Under the pieces are notes generated by a model. The model searched no databases and was not told the DNA's origin. It worked only from the letters and a program-made list of their open reading frames with translations. A stretch of 63,241 nt of DNA, the filler included, from Reticulomyxa filosa (lineage: Eukaryota; Protista; Foraminifera): assembly GCA_000512085.1 (NCBI GenBank). It is 21 parts of 21 records of this genome, joined end to end, with 100 filler letters (N's around TTAATTAATTAA, not from the genome) between each part and the next. Parts side by side here need not be neighbours in the genome. Positions count along the whole stretch, not along the records: positions 50,338 to 51,859 come from ASPP01040067.1; positions 51,960 to 53,081 come from ASPP01015140.1; positions 53,182 to 55,952 come from ASPP01012059.1; positions 56,053 to 61,130 come from ASPP01019101.1; positions 61,231 to 63,241 come from ASPP01021109.1; 16 more parts are not named here. One strand, written 5' to 3'. This document shows, one piece after another, positions 50,379 through 63,241 of the stretch (position 1 is its first letter; each line of letters opens with the position of its first letter). The translations under genes were made by a program, and so were the position numbers.

Positions 50379-51961
50379 ATTATTTCTTTAATGTTAACAA
50401 TTTCAATTCAATTTTCATACTTGATTAAAAATAGCTAAGATACAACAATGTTAATTTCCGTAAATGTCCCTAAGCAAGTTTTGCAATCAGATGGACATGT
50501 AAGTGAACGTACAATTGTACAAACGTCAAAATATACTTTTTGCAACAAAGTAATAGATATTGACATCTCTATCCAAAATTAAAAATAATAAAAAAGGTTT
50601 TATCAAATAATTTTTAATTGTGTATTAAACTCAATTTTAAACAATTACAGATATTATTACACAATTGCTCATGAAAGGAGAGTATTTTTGTGATTAAAGT
50701 AATTCATTGAATTTTTTGCAAAATATTTGAAACTTAAGATAAAAAACAACAAAATCTCAAATAGTCAAAAAATCTATCGTCATTATGTCCATATAATAAC
50801 ATATTTTTGTTTATATTTATTCCTCTCGTTGTTGGAATGTTTTCACCACGATAATAAATATTTTTGGAAAATCTTTCAAGGAAATACTTATGAATAATTA
50901 ATTTGAATATCTGTTATTTTTCTCAAAACAATAATTTAAACGAAAGAGAAGCAGTTGCAAGGATACAGTATTAATAATTGACAATAGTTACGCTTGTGTT
51001 TTGTATCAAGTATAATAATCTTTTTGCTTATTGAATATCATAAATGATTTAATCTCGTATTTGATAACTTATTCAAATTAAAATATTTTTAATTACTGTT
51101 AAAAACTTCTACAATTTTTTAACATAAAAGTGAATTGATTGTTGATAATCAAGATTACTTGTTTTCAAATGTAAAAGCTGTTAAGGTAATTTTTTTTCAA
51201 TTTAAGAAAAAAATGACATTTTACAATGTTTTTGAATTGTAATTATATTTTATCGTCATTGCAATTTGCATACATTTTATCAATTTCTTTGTTAACGCAG
51301 ATACAAGAAAGTACGGTAATTGTCACTTCTTTTTCAGAAATCCTGTTTTTAGATTATGTGATATGCATTGTTTCTTTAGTCCAGAATCAAGTGTTTTGTA
51401 TAGGATTATATTTGACAACTGATTGCTAAAATCACTGTCTTGATTGTAACAAGCGCTCGTGGATCAATTGAAAGCATTTTCCTTTCTTACAGTAATCAAA
51501 GTTTTTTACTTGTAAAAGCCTTTTTTTGGAGTAACAAGGGTTTTTTTATGTTAATTCGTATGTAAATTGGACAAAAACGATAGTAACAATACAAAATCAG
51601 CGACAATTCATTGATATTGAAAGCGATATCTTTGGTACATTTTTCTTCAATCCGTTTTTCGAAAATTCATTGCAGATTTTTTTTAAATGAAAAAAATTAA
51701 CATCATACTGTTTTCTTTTCCTAAGCAAAGCCGACTTGCCTTTAAAAAAAATCAGTGAAGCAAGCATATCAATTCACTAATTACATTTTTAATGTCAATT
51801 CTTTACAAAAAGAAGCAGACCTTTGTAATTAAACTTTTTTTTTAACAACAAGGATATATNNNNNNNNNNNNNNNNNNNNNNNNNNNNNNNNNNNNNNNNN
51901 NNNTTAATTAATTAANNNNNNNNNNNNNNNNNNNNNNNNNNNNNNNNNNNNNNNNNNNNAC

Positions 51962-53081
51962 GCCGCCGGCAAGCTTTCGGTCGGTTTCTGGGATCACTGG
52001 GTGCCCGGCGCCAACAAGGCGGTCGAGGCTCTCGTGAAGGAGTGGGCCGAGAAGAACAAGGTCGAAGTCTCGATGGACTTCATCACGTCCCAGGGCAACA
52101 AGCTGCTGCTCACCACCGCCGCCGAATCGCAGGCCAAGTCCGGCCACGACGTGCTCGCCTTCTCGACCTGGCTGCCGTCGCGTTACGCCGACCAGCTCGT
52201 CCCCATGAACGACGTCATGGAGCCGCTGATCAAGGAGAACGGCGCGGTCAACGGTACCGTCGAGTATCTCGGCAAGCTGAACGGAAAGTGGCTCGCCGTG
52301 CCGGCGACCTCGGGCAGCCAGATCAAGGGACCGTGCTCGCGAATCGACCTGTTGAAGAAACATGCCGGCATCGACATCCAGGCGATGTACCCGGCCGGAC
52401 AGGCACCCAAGGCGGATGCCTGGAACCTCGACAACTTCCTCAAGGCGGCGGAAGCCTGCCAGAAGGGTGGCAACCCCTTCGGAATCGGACTCGGCCAGAC
52501 CTCGGACAGTGTCGACAGTGCCGGCGCGCTGTTCCATGCTTTCGGTGCCCAGCTCGTCAACGCCAAGGGCGACATCGTCGTGAAGAACGACCAGGTCCGC
52601 CAGGTGCTCGACTACTACAAGAAGCTGATCCAGTTCCTGCCACCCGACGTGCCGTCGTGGGACGATGCCTCGAACAACAAGTTCCTGGTATCCGGCCAGG
52701 GCTCGCTGATCATGAACCCGCCCAGCGCCTGGGCCGTCGCCAAGCGCGACGCGCCGCAGATCGCCGAGCAGCTCTGGACGCACGGTTTCCCGGCCGGGCC
52801 GAAGGGCCGCTACGCGCCGTTCCTGCCGTACTTCTGGGGCATCTGGAACTTCAGCAAGAACCAGTCGGCTGCGAAGAGCCTGATCACTTTCCTCTCGCAG
52901 GCCAGCTCTGCGGAGAAGATGACCAACGCCTCGCAGGGCTACGACCTGCCGTCGTTCGAGAAGCTCACGACGTTCAAGGTGTGGGCCGAGGAGTCGCCGC
53001 CCAAGGGCACGCTCTATCACTACCCGAACCCGCACAACCACCAGACGCTCTCGATCGCCGCGGCGCCCGCCCCGCACAAGA
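51962..53081 (+). CDS. Bacterial ABC transporter substrate-binding protein (carbohydrate-uptake family 1 type), partial at both ends
   Basis: The whole contig is about two-thirds GC, intronless and G/C-ending in codons. Motifs: GFWDHWVPGAN..WAEKNKVEV, WDDASNNKFLVSGQGSLIMNPPSAW, FWGIWNFSKNQSAAK. Confidence 0.9.
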
Positions 53082-53183
53082 NNNNNNNNNNNNNNNNNNN
53101 NNNNNNNNNNNNNNNNNNNNNNNNNTTAATTAATTAANNNNNNNNNNNNNNNNNNNNNNNNNNNNNNNNNNNNNNNNNNNNCC

Positions 53184-55833
53184 TCAGACAGGAACGCAAC
53201 CCGATCCAGTACGAAGAGAATTAACTGCAGAAGATATGGGCATCGGTAACATTGATCGTGAAAAACGTCTTTTAGAAAAAAAATATACATATAATACGTA
53301 AACCTTCAAGGAAAGGGGGGGGGGGGGACATGAAAAAAAAAAAAAAGGATTAGACAACAAAAGGAGGAACATTCGCAGGAATCCAACTAAGTGACAGCAG
53401 TGATGATGAAAAAGAAGAAAAGGAACAACACAATCAAAAGTCGTACGCTGAACATTGAAAAAGAGCTGTTGAAGTTGGAATCAATGGTGGATCGTGTTCA
53501 TAACACGGATGCGGCGACGGAGGCAACACAGCACGTCCGTAAACAACGCAGAGAAACAAAACCGTAAAAACGTGAATGAGTTACAACTGGAGACAGTGGA
53601 AAGCGAAGTAGACATTACCGACGACGAAATGGAAGAAGCGTCGGAAGCGGAGGAGGAGGAAGAGGAGGAAGAAGCAGAAGCAGAAGCAGAAGCAGAAACA
53701 GAAGAAGAGGAGATCAACATTGCGCCTTCTTCTAATATGCTATCAAAAAAACAAAGCAAAGCCAAAGAAAAGGGAAAAAAAGAAGAAGAGGAAGAAAGAG
53801 AGACACCACATCAACCAATGGTATCGGTGCTCCAAACTGAAGATCTGCTATCCGAGCATGATGCAGTGTCTTCTCCACATCGAGAAGACAGCAATCGCTT
53901 GGCAATGTCAGCAGCACCTTTGGGTCCGGCCATGTCCAAACAGGCGTATGGGACAGTCTTGATCAATCACGAGGACTTGGAAGCCAACCGCAATGCCGCC
54001 AGTCCGCCATCCACGCCTCCGCCCTCTGGAGTTGTCATAAATGGTAGTGTTGGCAACTATGCATCCGGCACAATGCTCATTCGTAGAGAGGAGACGGGAG
54101 AGAGTGATGTGGACAACGACACCGTGGTCGATACACAGAAGCAAAGGCAAGTACGGTTCCCCGAAACTATTCAAGTTTGGGATTTTTATTTAATATGTAT
54201 ATAAATATATATGTATATATATATTGGAAAAAAAAAAAAAAAAAAAAAAGAAAAACCAAATTCAAGTGAGTTTATTGCAGGACGTCCTCGGTCGAATACA
54301 GTTGGCGCGCAACATCGACAAGGACGACATATCGACTTTGAAATGATGGAAAGGCTGGGGATATCCGAAAAGAATCTGCGAAACAAACCAGAACTGACTC
54401 GGTCCGGACCATCGACCCCGCGCTTGGACCGAAAAAGCAAACATGTGAAGGCCAACTCGGGAAGCGAAGTGGCCGGGAACAGGCCAGTGCTGCCCCCATC
54501 ATCCACGTCTCCTGCAGCGGCAGAGGCTGGCATTGACGAGCTGCACAGGTTTGACAACTTTGAAGAAGCCTCCACGGAAATGCAGAAATTGCTGACTACA
54601 CCTTTGGCAACGGAAAAGCCCGCGGCTCCGGCGAATTCGAACAAAGAAAAAGACTCGTTGCATCCAAATAGTTTGAAAAAAAATTCCTCTTTGAAAACGA
54701 TGGGGAAAAGGAAAAGCAGTCCAGCCACAACGACGCCTATGAATACCGCCGAAATCGAGGCCAAAGACAAAGAAGAGTTTCTAAGCACTTTAAAACGTGT
54801 TTCCACGCGCAAATTAGTCGAAAGTCCAAAGAAAGGCAAATTTGAATTTGGTGCGGATTCGAAGAGCAATGTGGAAAATACCAGTGGGAATAGCAATAAC
54901 AACAATAATGGTAATAATTACAATAATTATAATAATTATAATAATAATAACAATAACAATAATGCGAATAATAATAATAATAATAATAATAGTAATAATA
55001 ACTTGAGTGGCAATAGTGGCAATGAAAAACTTTTGGATAGACTTAACAATCAATTACACAACTCACCGAAAAATGACGATGCGTCCGAAGATGGATTCAT
55101 CCCTTATGGCGAACATCGACTCATGGAGTCGGCAATGGACTTGGATGGCGGCCAATGGGTTGCTCGATCTGTGTTTCCCGAAGTCTATGACTTATTAAAG
55201 GCCGATCCCGAAGGTGTAGTGAGGGCCAATTTGGATGGCAATCGCTTTTTTAAAGCTCCTCCCAAAGTGAAAGAGGTTGCTCAAATGAAACAACAAAAAA
55301 AAGTTGCCAAGTTTGAAAAATCCCAAAAAGCTCAAAACCAAACGGCTTTGAATAAAATTCAAAAATTCAAACAACAATATTTGGACGAAACCGCAATGAG
55401 CACTCCAGAGTATCCTGCCACGCCCACGGAAAATAGACAGCAAAAATGTGGAAGATTAATTGTTAAAGTCGTTGGTGCCATGAAATTGAAATCAGCAGAT
55501 GTCCTGGGATCCACGAATGCTTACTGTATTGTTCGAGTCAAAAATGTGGAGGCCAAAACAAAAGTCATGAAAGGATCTTTGAACCCCGCGTGGAAGGAAA
55601 TGTTGATTTTCAACAACTATAAGCCAAACAAAAAGAAGATCAAAGAGGGCGCTATTGTTGTCATGAACAAAAATCGCTTGCGGAAAGATACTGTTATCGG
55701 GATGGCAACTTTTGATTTACCTTCGAAATTTGCAAATCTAGAACGGTTTGTGGTTGAACTCAAATCAAAGCAAGGTAATCCAAGAGGTGTGGTTGTACTT
55801 GACACTTATGTTCAAAAATACGTTTTTTCTTAG
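53184..55833 (+). CDS. Large low-complexity protein with C-terminal C2 domain, 5'-partial
   Basis: GRLIVKVVGAMKLKSADVLGSTNAYCIVRV..KTKVMKGSLNPAWKEMLIF..DTVIG. Upstream acidic and poly-Asn regions; intron near 54175..54250; 5' exon structure uncertain. Confidence 0.75.
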
Positions 55834-56140
55834 ACTTTTTTTATTTTTTTATTTTTTCTTCTTTCGGGTTTTATTCTTGATGTATAAACGCAAAAAAAAA
55901 AAATAAAAATTTGCATGTGAGAAAAATTTCTTCATATTGTTTTATTCTTTGGNNNNNNNNNNNNNNNNNNNNNNNNNNNNNNNNNNNNNNNNNNNNTTAA
56001 TTAATTAANNNNNNNNNNNNNNNNNNNNNNNNNNNNNNNNNNNNNNNNNNNNAAAAAAAAAAAAAAATCAAACATACATTCTAAGAGAGATATAATACTC
56101 TTGTTTGATGATAATACAATCATTTCATATTCTAATAACT

Positions 56141-56371
56141 TTGGGACGTCTGCTGATAGTATTGGTGCACTAACTGTAATACGAGAGGTGTTTACTTAGA
56201 AAAGAATCGGAGTTTCGTAAAACGAAAGTAATTTAAATAATAAAACAAGATAACAAAAGGAAAGTAAAGAAAAGTAACAAAGTAAGAAGTAGGTTGTTGA
56301 GGAAGTTTAACCTACTGTGGATTCCTCCGTTCCACTAACGTTCAGTACTTGTAATAGGGACTTGCCCTACA
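56141..56371 (+). repeat. Dispersed repeat family A, copy 2 (TGTA..TACA core 56175..56371)
   Basis: Shares the same blocks as 36131..36355 on a different contig. Confidence 0.75.
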
Positions 56372-57652
56372 AGTATATAAAAAATTGGATGAACAAAACA
56401 TTGATTTTATTTATCAGCAAAATGTAATGTGCTTTTTCGCAAATAACAAAATTAAGAATAAAATCAATTGTAAAGGGCTGCTGTAGCTAAAAGTATTTTT
56501 ATCCTTCCAAAGAAGGGCAAGTGTCAATGTTATAATAACGTTTCAGATCATGCGATTTCTTTTTCAATGAATATAATAAATTTTTTTAAAAGAACTTATT
56601 CACAACTGAGTATGCACATACGTCACAAGTTTGTGAAACGCAATTACGAGTAACTGTTTGATAATTGAACACTTTCGTAAGCTATGTTTGGCAAAGATTG
56701 AATAAGCTGTTCGATAATTTGAGATGGGAAAAAGAAACTCGATTGAATAATCGACTTTATCAGTTGTGACTTGTACCTTTTGTCTAAGTTGGTGATATCT
56801 TAATTACCAAAGTTACGAACATTGCAAATTTTCCAAAAAAATTAATTCGATTAGACGCAGAAGTTTGTCATTTACAATTTTAACAGCTGATAAAACACTT
56901 ACAAAACATTAAAAACTTAAAAGCTCTTTTACAAAAAAATTAGTGTTGCGCATTTTCGGAAAGCTTCTTGGTGCAAAAATATTGTCTTAAACAAATAACA
57001 AAAAATGCTAATTCAGCATTTAGAGAACGGCTTTGGGAAAAATTTTCGGTTTTCCATCATCAGATAAATAAGAAAATCAAGATGTCTCAATGATGTACTG
57101 GAAACAATAAGCACAAGGTTTTGAGCTCAATAATGGAATGATTATTGATTAAATTAAAATTTATTGTTGATAAAGTTTATCAGAAACAAAATTTGATCAA
57201 AGTATGGGATATCAATAATATAACACAAAGACTTGGTGTAATAGTTGTTGAGTTTGATGAAAGATTGTATTTTTTTGATGAGGATGAAGATGTTTTTGTT
57301 TTTTTTAGCTGTTACAAAGTAATCTTGATTAAAAAAAATATGAAAATGTTGAAATCAGACTGTTTCATAGTGTACAATATTTTTAAATAGACATAATAGT
57401 GAAAATAATGTAAATTGTATATAAAATTTTTTTAAAATTTAAAAATTTAAATTTTCATATAAAACAATATGAGGATAGAAAAGATAGCTAAAAATTGATA
57501 TTACAAGTTTTCAAGTTTAACTTGGAGCTAATGAAAATTTTTATTTGATATAAATGTCTTCAAAAAGATATTTTAAAAGAGTAGGAAAAACAAGTTGTGA
57601 CGTCATATTCAAATTATTCTTTTTATTAACATCAACAATAATTTTTTTTAAA

Positions 57653-60600
57653 ATGACAAATAGTATTCAACTTTTATCAAATTTTCAATCTACACAATAT
57701 ATGGAAGTACAACAAGATCTAAATGAAAATAAATGTAATGAAATGCATCGCAATAAAAAAAAACACCAAATATCATTAGTTTCTATAAGAAGAGCATCAG
57801 AGACTATACTACCATCAATGATCACAGTTAAAAATAGAAAAAAACCTGAAATTAGTGCATCTAAAAGTGTAGTCATTTCATCAAAGCAAACACCTGTTAT
57901 AATAGAAACATAGTATGTATATATTTTTAATATAAAAGATTAGCGTCAGAGTTTTTTTTAATTTATCAAACACAAAAAAAAAAAAGTAAGCAAAAAGCAT
58001 ATGAACAACCCCCAGAAGAAAAAGAAGAAGTAAGTAAAAAGTGTACTAAATCCAAAAGACAATATTCAGATCCGTTGTCAACAAATGACGAAGAGTTATC
58101 ACAAATATCTATTGTTTCTAAGAATGATGACAATAGTTTGGAGAACAAAAATTCTACTAACGACAATATACAAAAGAAAGAAATAGTTTTGTAATATTTT
58201 TTTTTCAAAAGAAAAATATTTCTTCTATTTTTTCTTTTTTTAAAAAATAAAGGAAACCCATGCATCAATATTACCAAATTTAGAAGATGAAAAAGTATCA
58301 GCTGTATTATATGGAGCTAAACCAAATATTTTTTTCAAAACAAGACAAAGTTTAGCTGATTTAATAAACGAACAACATATTATCACATATTTTCAAAATG
58401 ATTCTAAATGGAAAAATGATCTAAATATACCCGATAATGAAAAGTATTGTCAACTATTTTTTGCATTTAATTTAAAATTTAAATTATATTTGACAATTAT
58501 GTTAACATTAGTGGATCTACCATGGATATTAAAAGTTGGTCATACTATTGATAATATCTTACTTAAGACAATAAAGTTATATATACATATATATACATGT
58601 ACATATATATTTTAAAAATTATGATTTAATAAATAATTTCAGTTATATTACTGCTATATGCGGATTTATATCAATATGCTATTTATTCTATTTATTGAAA
58701 CTATATGAAAAAAAAAAACAATTATTTGCAATTGAAAAACGGAGTAAATTGGAACGAAAAAGAAAAAAAATAAAAATGAAGATAATTTAAATATTCTTGT
58801 TGAATCTCAATTACCTCTTCGAATTATAGAAAATATCTTTTGGTTATATTTGCTTTATTCAACACTAAGAATGATACTTGTTGGTATTTATATTGGAGAT
58901 ATTTTTCAGTTATGTTTTAACCAAAAAGAAATAAATATTATATTTATTATTTTTTTTTAAAAAATTATATTTTTATAAATCAGATTAACAGACACATTAT
59001 TAATTCATTCATTATTATTTTTATCATATTTGTGGTATCAATTTAAATATTTAAAATATCGAAATATTGCAATGGTTATAATTGCAAATATATTATATTT
59101 TATTAAAATATGTTTTAATGAAGATGAAGAAGATACATGGAAAGAAATTTTATATTCATGTCTTGTATTTAATTGTGGAATTTTATCAATGATAAAAAGT
59201 TTTTATTTTACTACAAAACAACAATTACGTACAATGGCTGATGATTTATCTAATCATGCACAATTACGTGTTGAACGAAAAGAACATACTCGTATTATGA
59301 ATAGTTTAATGCCAGCTCCAGTTACAGAACAAATTTTACTTAAAGGAGATGTTCCTATTTACAGAAGAGATGTGACTATTGGTTTTGTTTATTTCACTTT
59401 TTATAATAAAATTACTATGGAAAAAATTAAGGATAATTCTCCTTTTGTGAAAGTCTTGCATCATCTTGTCATAAATTTTGATAAAGGTTAAGAATATTTT
59501 TTTTTTTTATTATCAATCTATCTATCTATCTCTCTTTTTATTCCTTTTTAACTTTACAATCTTGTATTTTGAAAGAAATTGAACAATGGGAGTTTGATGT
59601 CGTTAAAATTGAGCATGTTGGAAATGCATATCTTATTTGTGGGGGCATCATGTCTTCAGATACATCTTTCAATCATGCAGAAGCAAGTTACAAATTATAT
59701 TTTAATTCTTTAACATACATTGAAAAAAAGTAAATACAATAATAATATAATAGTACTTCGTTTGGGACTAAGATTTCGTCGAATTGTGGACAAGGTCAAT
59801 GCAAAATTACATGTACAAAGCGAATTAACAATGGGGATTCATACTGGTCCAGTGATTGGAACAATTATTGGAACAACTCGAAAATTTTTTCGAATTTTTG
59901 GGGACACTGTTAACACTGCATCTCGTGTATGCACAACAGGATTGGAAGGATGCATACAAGCCACACAGCAAACATATGGTTTGTAAATCATATATAAATT
60001 CCTTTTCAAAACAAAAAAATTTGTGTATATACATATTTTTTATATTTGTCTAGAATTTGGTAATGTTTCAGAATCATTTGATTGGCTTGTTCGAGGTGAT
60101 GTTCCAATGAAAGGAAAAGGAAATATTTGTACATATATTGTGCGTGGACTGAGTTATATAATATATGTATATATATATATATAAAGTTTTATTTGATTAC
60201 AAAAAAAATTTTTCTTTCAATAAAAAGATGAAAAGAATGAAAATACATCGTTATCAACGTCATCATGGATAAAAAGACATATTCGACATAAAATGACGGA
60301 TAATGCAAATTTGTTGGAGATGAATTTTCATCAGTTTTTGAATTCTGAAGACACACATGCTAACCCATTCACATTACGTTTTCCTGCAAAAATGCACAAT
60401 CAAACTGACAATAATATTTTTGTAAAATTGAGTCAACTTTTTGTCAGTAGCAAACTCAAGAGTTCTGTTTCATTAAATGACAATTCCAATCATGGCCGAT
60501 TTTCCAATAATCAAATCAAGTTTTATATTTCTTTGATCATCTTTTTTTTTTTTTAATATGAAAAAAAAAAAAAAGGGAATTCAATTTGGAAGAAATATAT

Positions 60601-61107
60601 CAAGTGAAACTATTAACAACTAATTTATGCAATTACAGTCGATTGCAGATCGCATTGTGGACATTCAATCTATTGCTATTGTTGAATTCGATAACAATAA
60701 GAAAGCACATGCCACATGACAATAGCGTGTATAATAACTCCAGCAACATGGTAACGCTCCCTCCAATGCCTCACATCTCATCGTACATGGTAATTTTGTT
60801 GTCTCTGGAAACAATAGTAGCATTTCTTATTCTCTTGCAAACTTACGTTTCCCATATCCTGTCACATGGTCGGCAAGAACGCAAATTGTACTATCGTCGC
60901 ATGATTGCTGTTTATATTTTATTTTGGCTACATGTATTAAACGTTAATTACGTCTCAGCCAGAACCCATCGCTTTTTTGGTAGATTCATTGCAAACATTT
61001 TTTACATTATGTCTTTTCGTGTTTTCCCGTTTCGCTTTTTTGAACTCGCCATTTCGTCTATTATTTTAGCTTTCTTTGTTGATGGGTTGGAACCGAAAGG
61101 GTTTTGA
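57653..61107 (+). CDS. Multi-exon membrane class III nucleotidyl cyclase (guanylyl-like), 3'-partial
   Basis: TM cluster, IMNSLMPAPV, VTIGF, VVKIEHVGNAYLICGG, MGIHTGPVIGTIIG, FGDTVNTASR, RGDVPMKGKG, then a second TM cluster running to the contig end. Confidence 0.85.
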
Positions 61108-61899
61108 ATTCCGGGTTTTTAAAAACCCGGNNNNNNNNNNNNNNNNNNNNNNNNNNNNNNNNNNNNNNNNNNNNTTAATTAATTAANNNNNNNNNNNNNN
61201 NNNNNNNNNNNNNNNNNNNNNNNNNNNNNNTTTTTGGTGGAAAAAGGAACACACATTGGTGATGAAATATGTAAACGTTTGGGGTGATTGGTGGAAGTAA
61301 TAACAATTTGCTATTTATCACTTAATATCAAAACATGTTAGCGTGTTTAATTTAAATAATTTCAATTATTAAGTATTAAAAACACAGAAGAACAAACAAC
61401 AAAATGAAGAGAAAGAAGTTACCGATATATATGGTCATTACATTTTTATTACGATTATCTTTAAGGGAATTTCTTTGTGACTGTGTAAATGATAGCTCGT
61501 TGGTTTATTCTAATAAAAAAGGACAATTAAAAAAAAACAAGAAACTATAATTTGTGTTATTTTTTTAAAGGATGTGACACAAAGAAAGTACAAAACGTAA
61601 ATGATATAAATAAAGACATAAATATTATGCAACTTAAAAAAAAACATGAAAAATATAACTTCATTATTGCTAATGTTATTGATAAATAGACTAGTCCAGA
61701 TAACAAAGAAGAAGAAGTTACTAATTTGTGTACTTTTTAAAATTTTTTTCTTAATTCGAATTACAAACAAATATAAATAATTTACGCGTATATACAGGTT
61801 GATGGAGATAAAAATTGATCAAAATAAAAAATTGACATTTTAAGAAATTCTTCGTCAAACTTATTATGTTTGAAACAAATAGATTTCGAAAAAGTCAAT

Positions 61900-62170
61900 A
61901 AAGAAAATTTAAAATTGCAATTGGTTGATAATGATGATAACGTAGTTGAATCAGATGAAGATATGAAAAAAGAATTTTATCATATAAACTTATCTTTAAA
62001 ATAACTTGGTCCCAATAATAATTGAAAAAACAAAAACAGTAAAAAATACGCTGATGATAATGATTGCAATCAGTTAATACTAGATAATGAAACATGGTGG
62101 AATATAATATCTTTCTTCAAAACGAAGAACTGTTACAAAATAAAATAACCTTCGTGAACTATAACGTTTA
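61900..62170 (+). pseudogene. Possible remnant of a caspase-like (peptidase C14) family gene
   Basis: KLQLVDNDDNVVESDEDMKKEF..FKITW and KTVKNTLMIMIAIS*Y..NETW resemble the NALVxxIAISxY start of caspase-like domains. Heavily degraded. Confidence 0.35.
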
Positions 62171-62926
62171 AACTGAATGTTCTTTTTCACAAAACTCGAG
62201 ACAAAAATAATACTTTTTGGTTTTTTAAGTCCACATTGTCATGGTTTTCTTTGATCGAAATTGTTTGTAATTAAACTTTTCACTTTTTTCTCTTTTTAAG
62301 AAAGCATAGTTGCATGATCTGTCGTTGTTAAAAATTTTTGTCCGAATAATATCTGTTTATAAACTATTCTTGAGTTATTTTTTTTCATATTAATTAATTA
62401 TAATTATATCAATTGTAGTCATTGTGATAAAATAAAATTCAGGATCCAGGATTCATTTTGTAGATTTTTATCATTACTATGTACACCTATTCGTGCTAAG
62501 CTTCAAGTCTTGAATGTTCAAGCATATGTCGTGGTTGGGTTTTTCAAAGTAAAAAGAAGTAAATCACTTAATTGCTTTTTTAATAAAAAAACAAGGAATA
62601 TTGGTATAAAAAATCATTTTCTTTTGTACTGTAAACTATCAAGGTTTTGCTTCAACAAAATTAATTTTTGCTAACACAACACATTCTCAATAATAATTCA
62701 GGAAACAAAGTCTTTTTTATTGACAATAGTTAGCAATTTGCAAAAAATAAAACTAACTGGCATGATTTAAACACAATATGATTCATTATAATTAAATAAA
62801 ATTTCACTGTCTTATATTAAAGTAAAAAAAAAACATTTAAATTGAAAATGGAAAGAAAAAAATACTGTGTTAAAGAAAACAATCAGTTAAAAAAAATTAA
62901 TCCTAAACTCTGAATATCACCAAATT

Positions 62927-63056
62927 TTTTAAAAAAAGTAAATGAAGGAAAAATCAAAAAAGAAAAGAATGAATAAGGCGTCGCCCCAGGAACATCGTGG
63001 CGCCGCCCAATTCAGTCATTCTTTTTGATTTTGTCTCCATTTGCTTTTTTTTAAAA
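62927..63056. repeat. ~130-bp imperfect palindrome (MITE-like hairpin)
   Basis: ttttaaaaaaagtaaatgaaggaaaaatcaaaaa..tgaataaggcgtcgcc, ~13-nt loop, ggcgccgcccaattca..tttttgattttgtctccatttgcttttttttaaaa. Confidence 0.75.
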
Positions 63057-63241
63057 CGCCACTTGGTTGGGTTGTGTAATGTTTAGCCTTGGAGTACTGT
63101 AATGGGGGATGAACAAACAATTACGGGGTTATAAAAGGACCTAAGTGTTAATATAAAAATGAAAAAATGTAAAAAAACATAAAATGACCAAACTAATTTA
63201 GGGTGATAGTCCAATATATTGCAAACATATTTGTGAAATTC

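Noticed and set aside
51908-53133. Long antisense and alternative-frame ORFs over the bacterial gene
   Set aside because: Typical shadow ORFs of high-GC coding DNA, Arg/Gly-rich with no motifs.
22628-61107. G-alpha, GPCR and cyclase as a clustered signalling system
   Set aside because: They lie on separate contigs; proximity is an artefact of concatenation.
61111-61130. Perfect 20-bp palindrome ccgggtttttaaaaacccgg
   Set aside because: It sits at the extreme contig end in homopolymer-rich sequence that interrupts a gene, so probably low-quality read tail.

Overview
This window is not one locus. It is 21 unrelated draft contigs joined by 20 identical 100-nt artificial linkers (44 N + TTAATTAATTAA + 44 N), so synteny only means something within a contig. 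Almost all of it is AT-rich, intron-containing eukaryotic DNA. The gene families (divergent alpha-tubulin, and HEAT, Kelch, RING/TRAF-zinc-finger and 7TM families) point to a foraminiferan such as Reticulomyxa; this is an inference. Apparently intact or partial genes include an AIG1-like GTPase, a paladin/PTP-like phytase-repeat protein, Rab1-like, an atypical G-alpha, a LYR + AlgH/DUF179 protein, mitochondrial bL17, a C2H2 protein, a 7TM receptor, alpha-tubulin, an XK-related protein, a C2 protein and a membrane nucleotidyl cyclase. There are many decayed, internally deleted and sometimes chimeric gene copies (alpha-adaptin, helicase-vWA, PH, HEAT, Kelch, nitrobindin, PP1, Tem1/Spg1), two dispersed repeat families, and one GC-rich bacterial contig (ABC transporter substrate-binding protein). 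I found no clear-cut novel multi-gene system. The best leads are the shredded/chimeric pseudogenes, a possible GA-AG intron, introns with poly(A) in place of a polypyrimidine tract, a predicted GTPase-deficient G-alpha, and a cyclase with swapped C1/C2 roles. All family assignments come from motif recognition by eye, not from searches.
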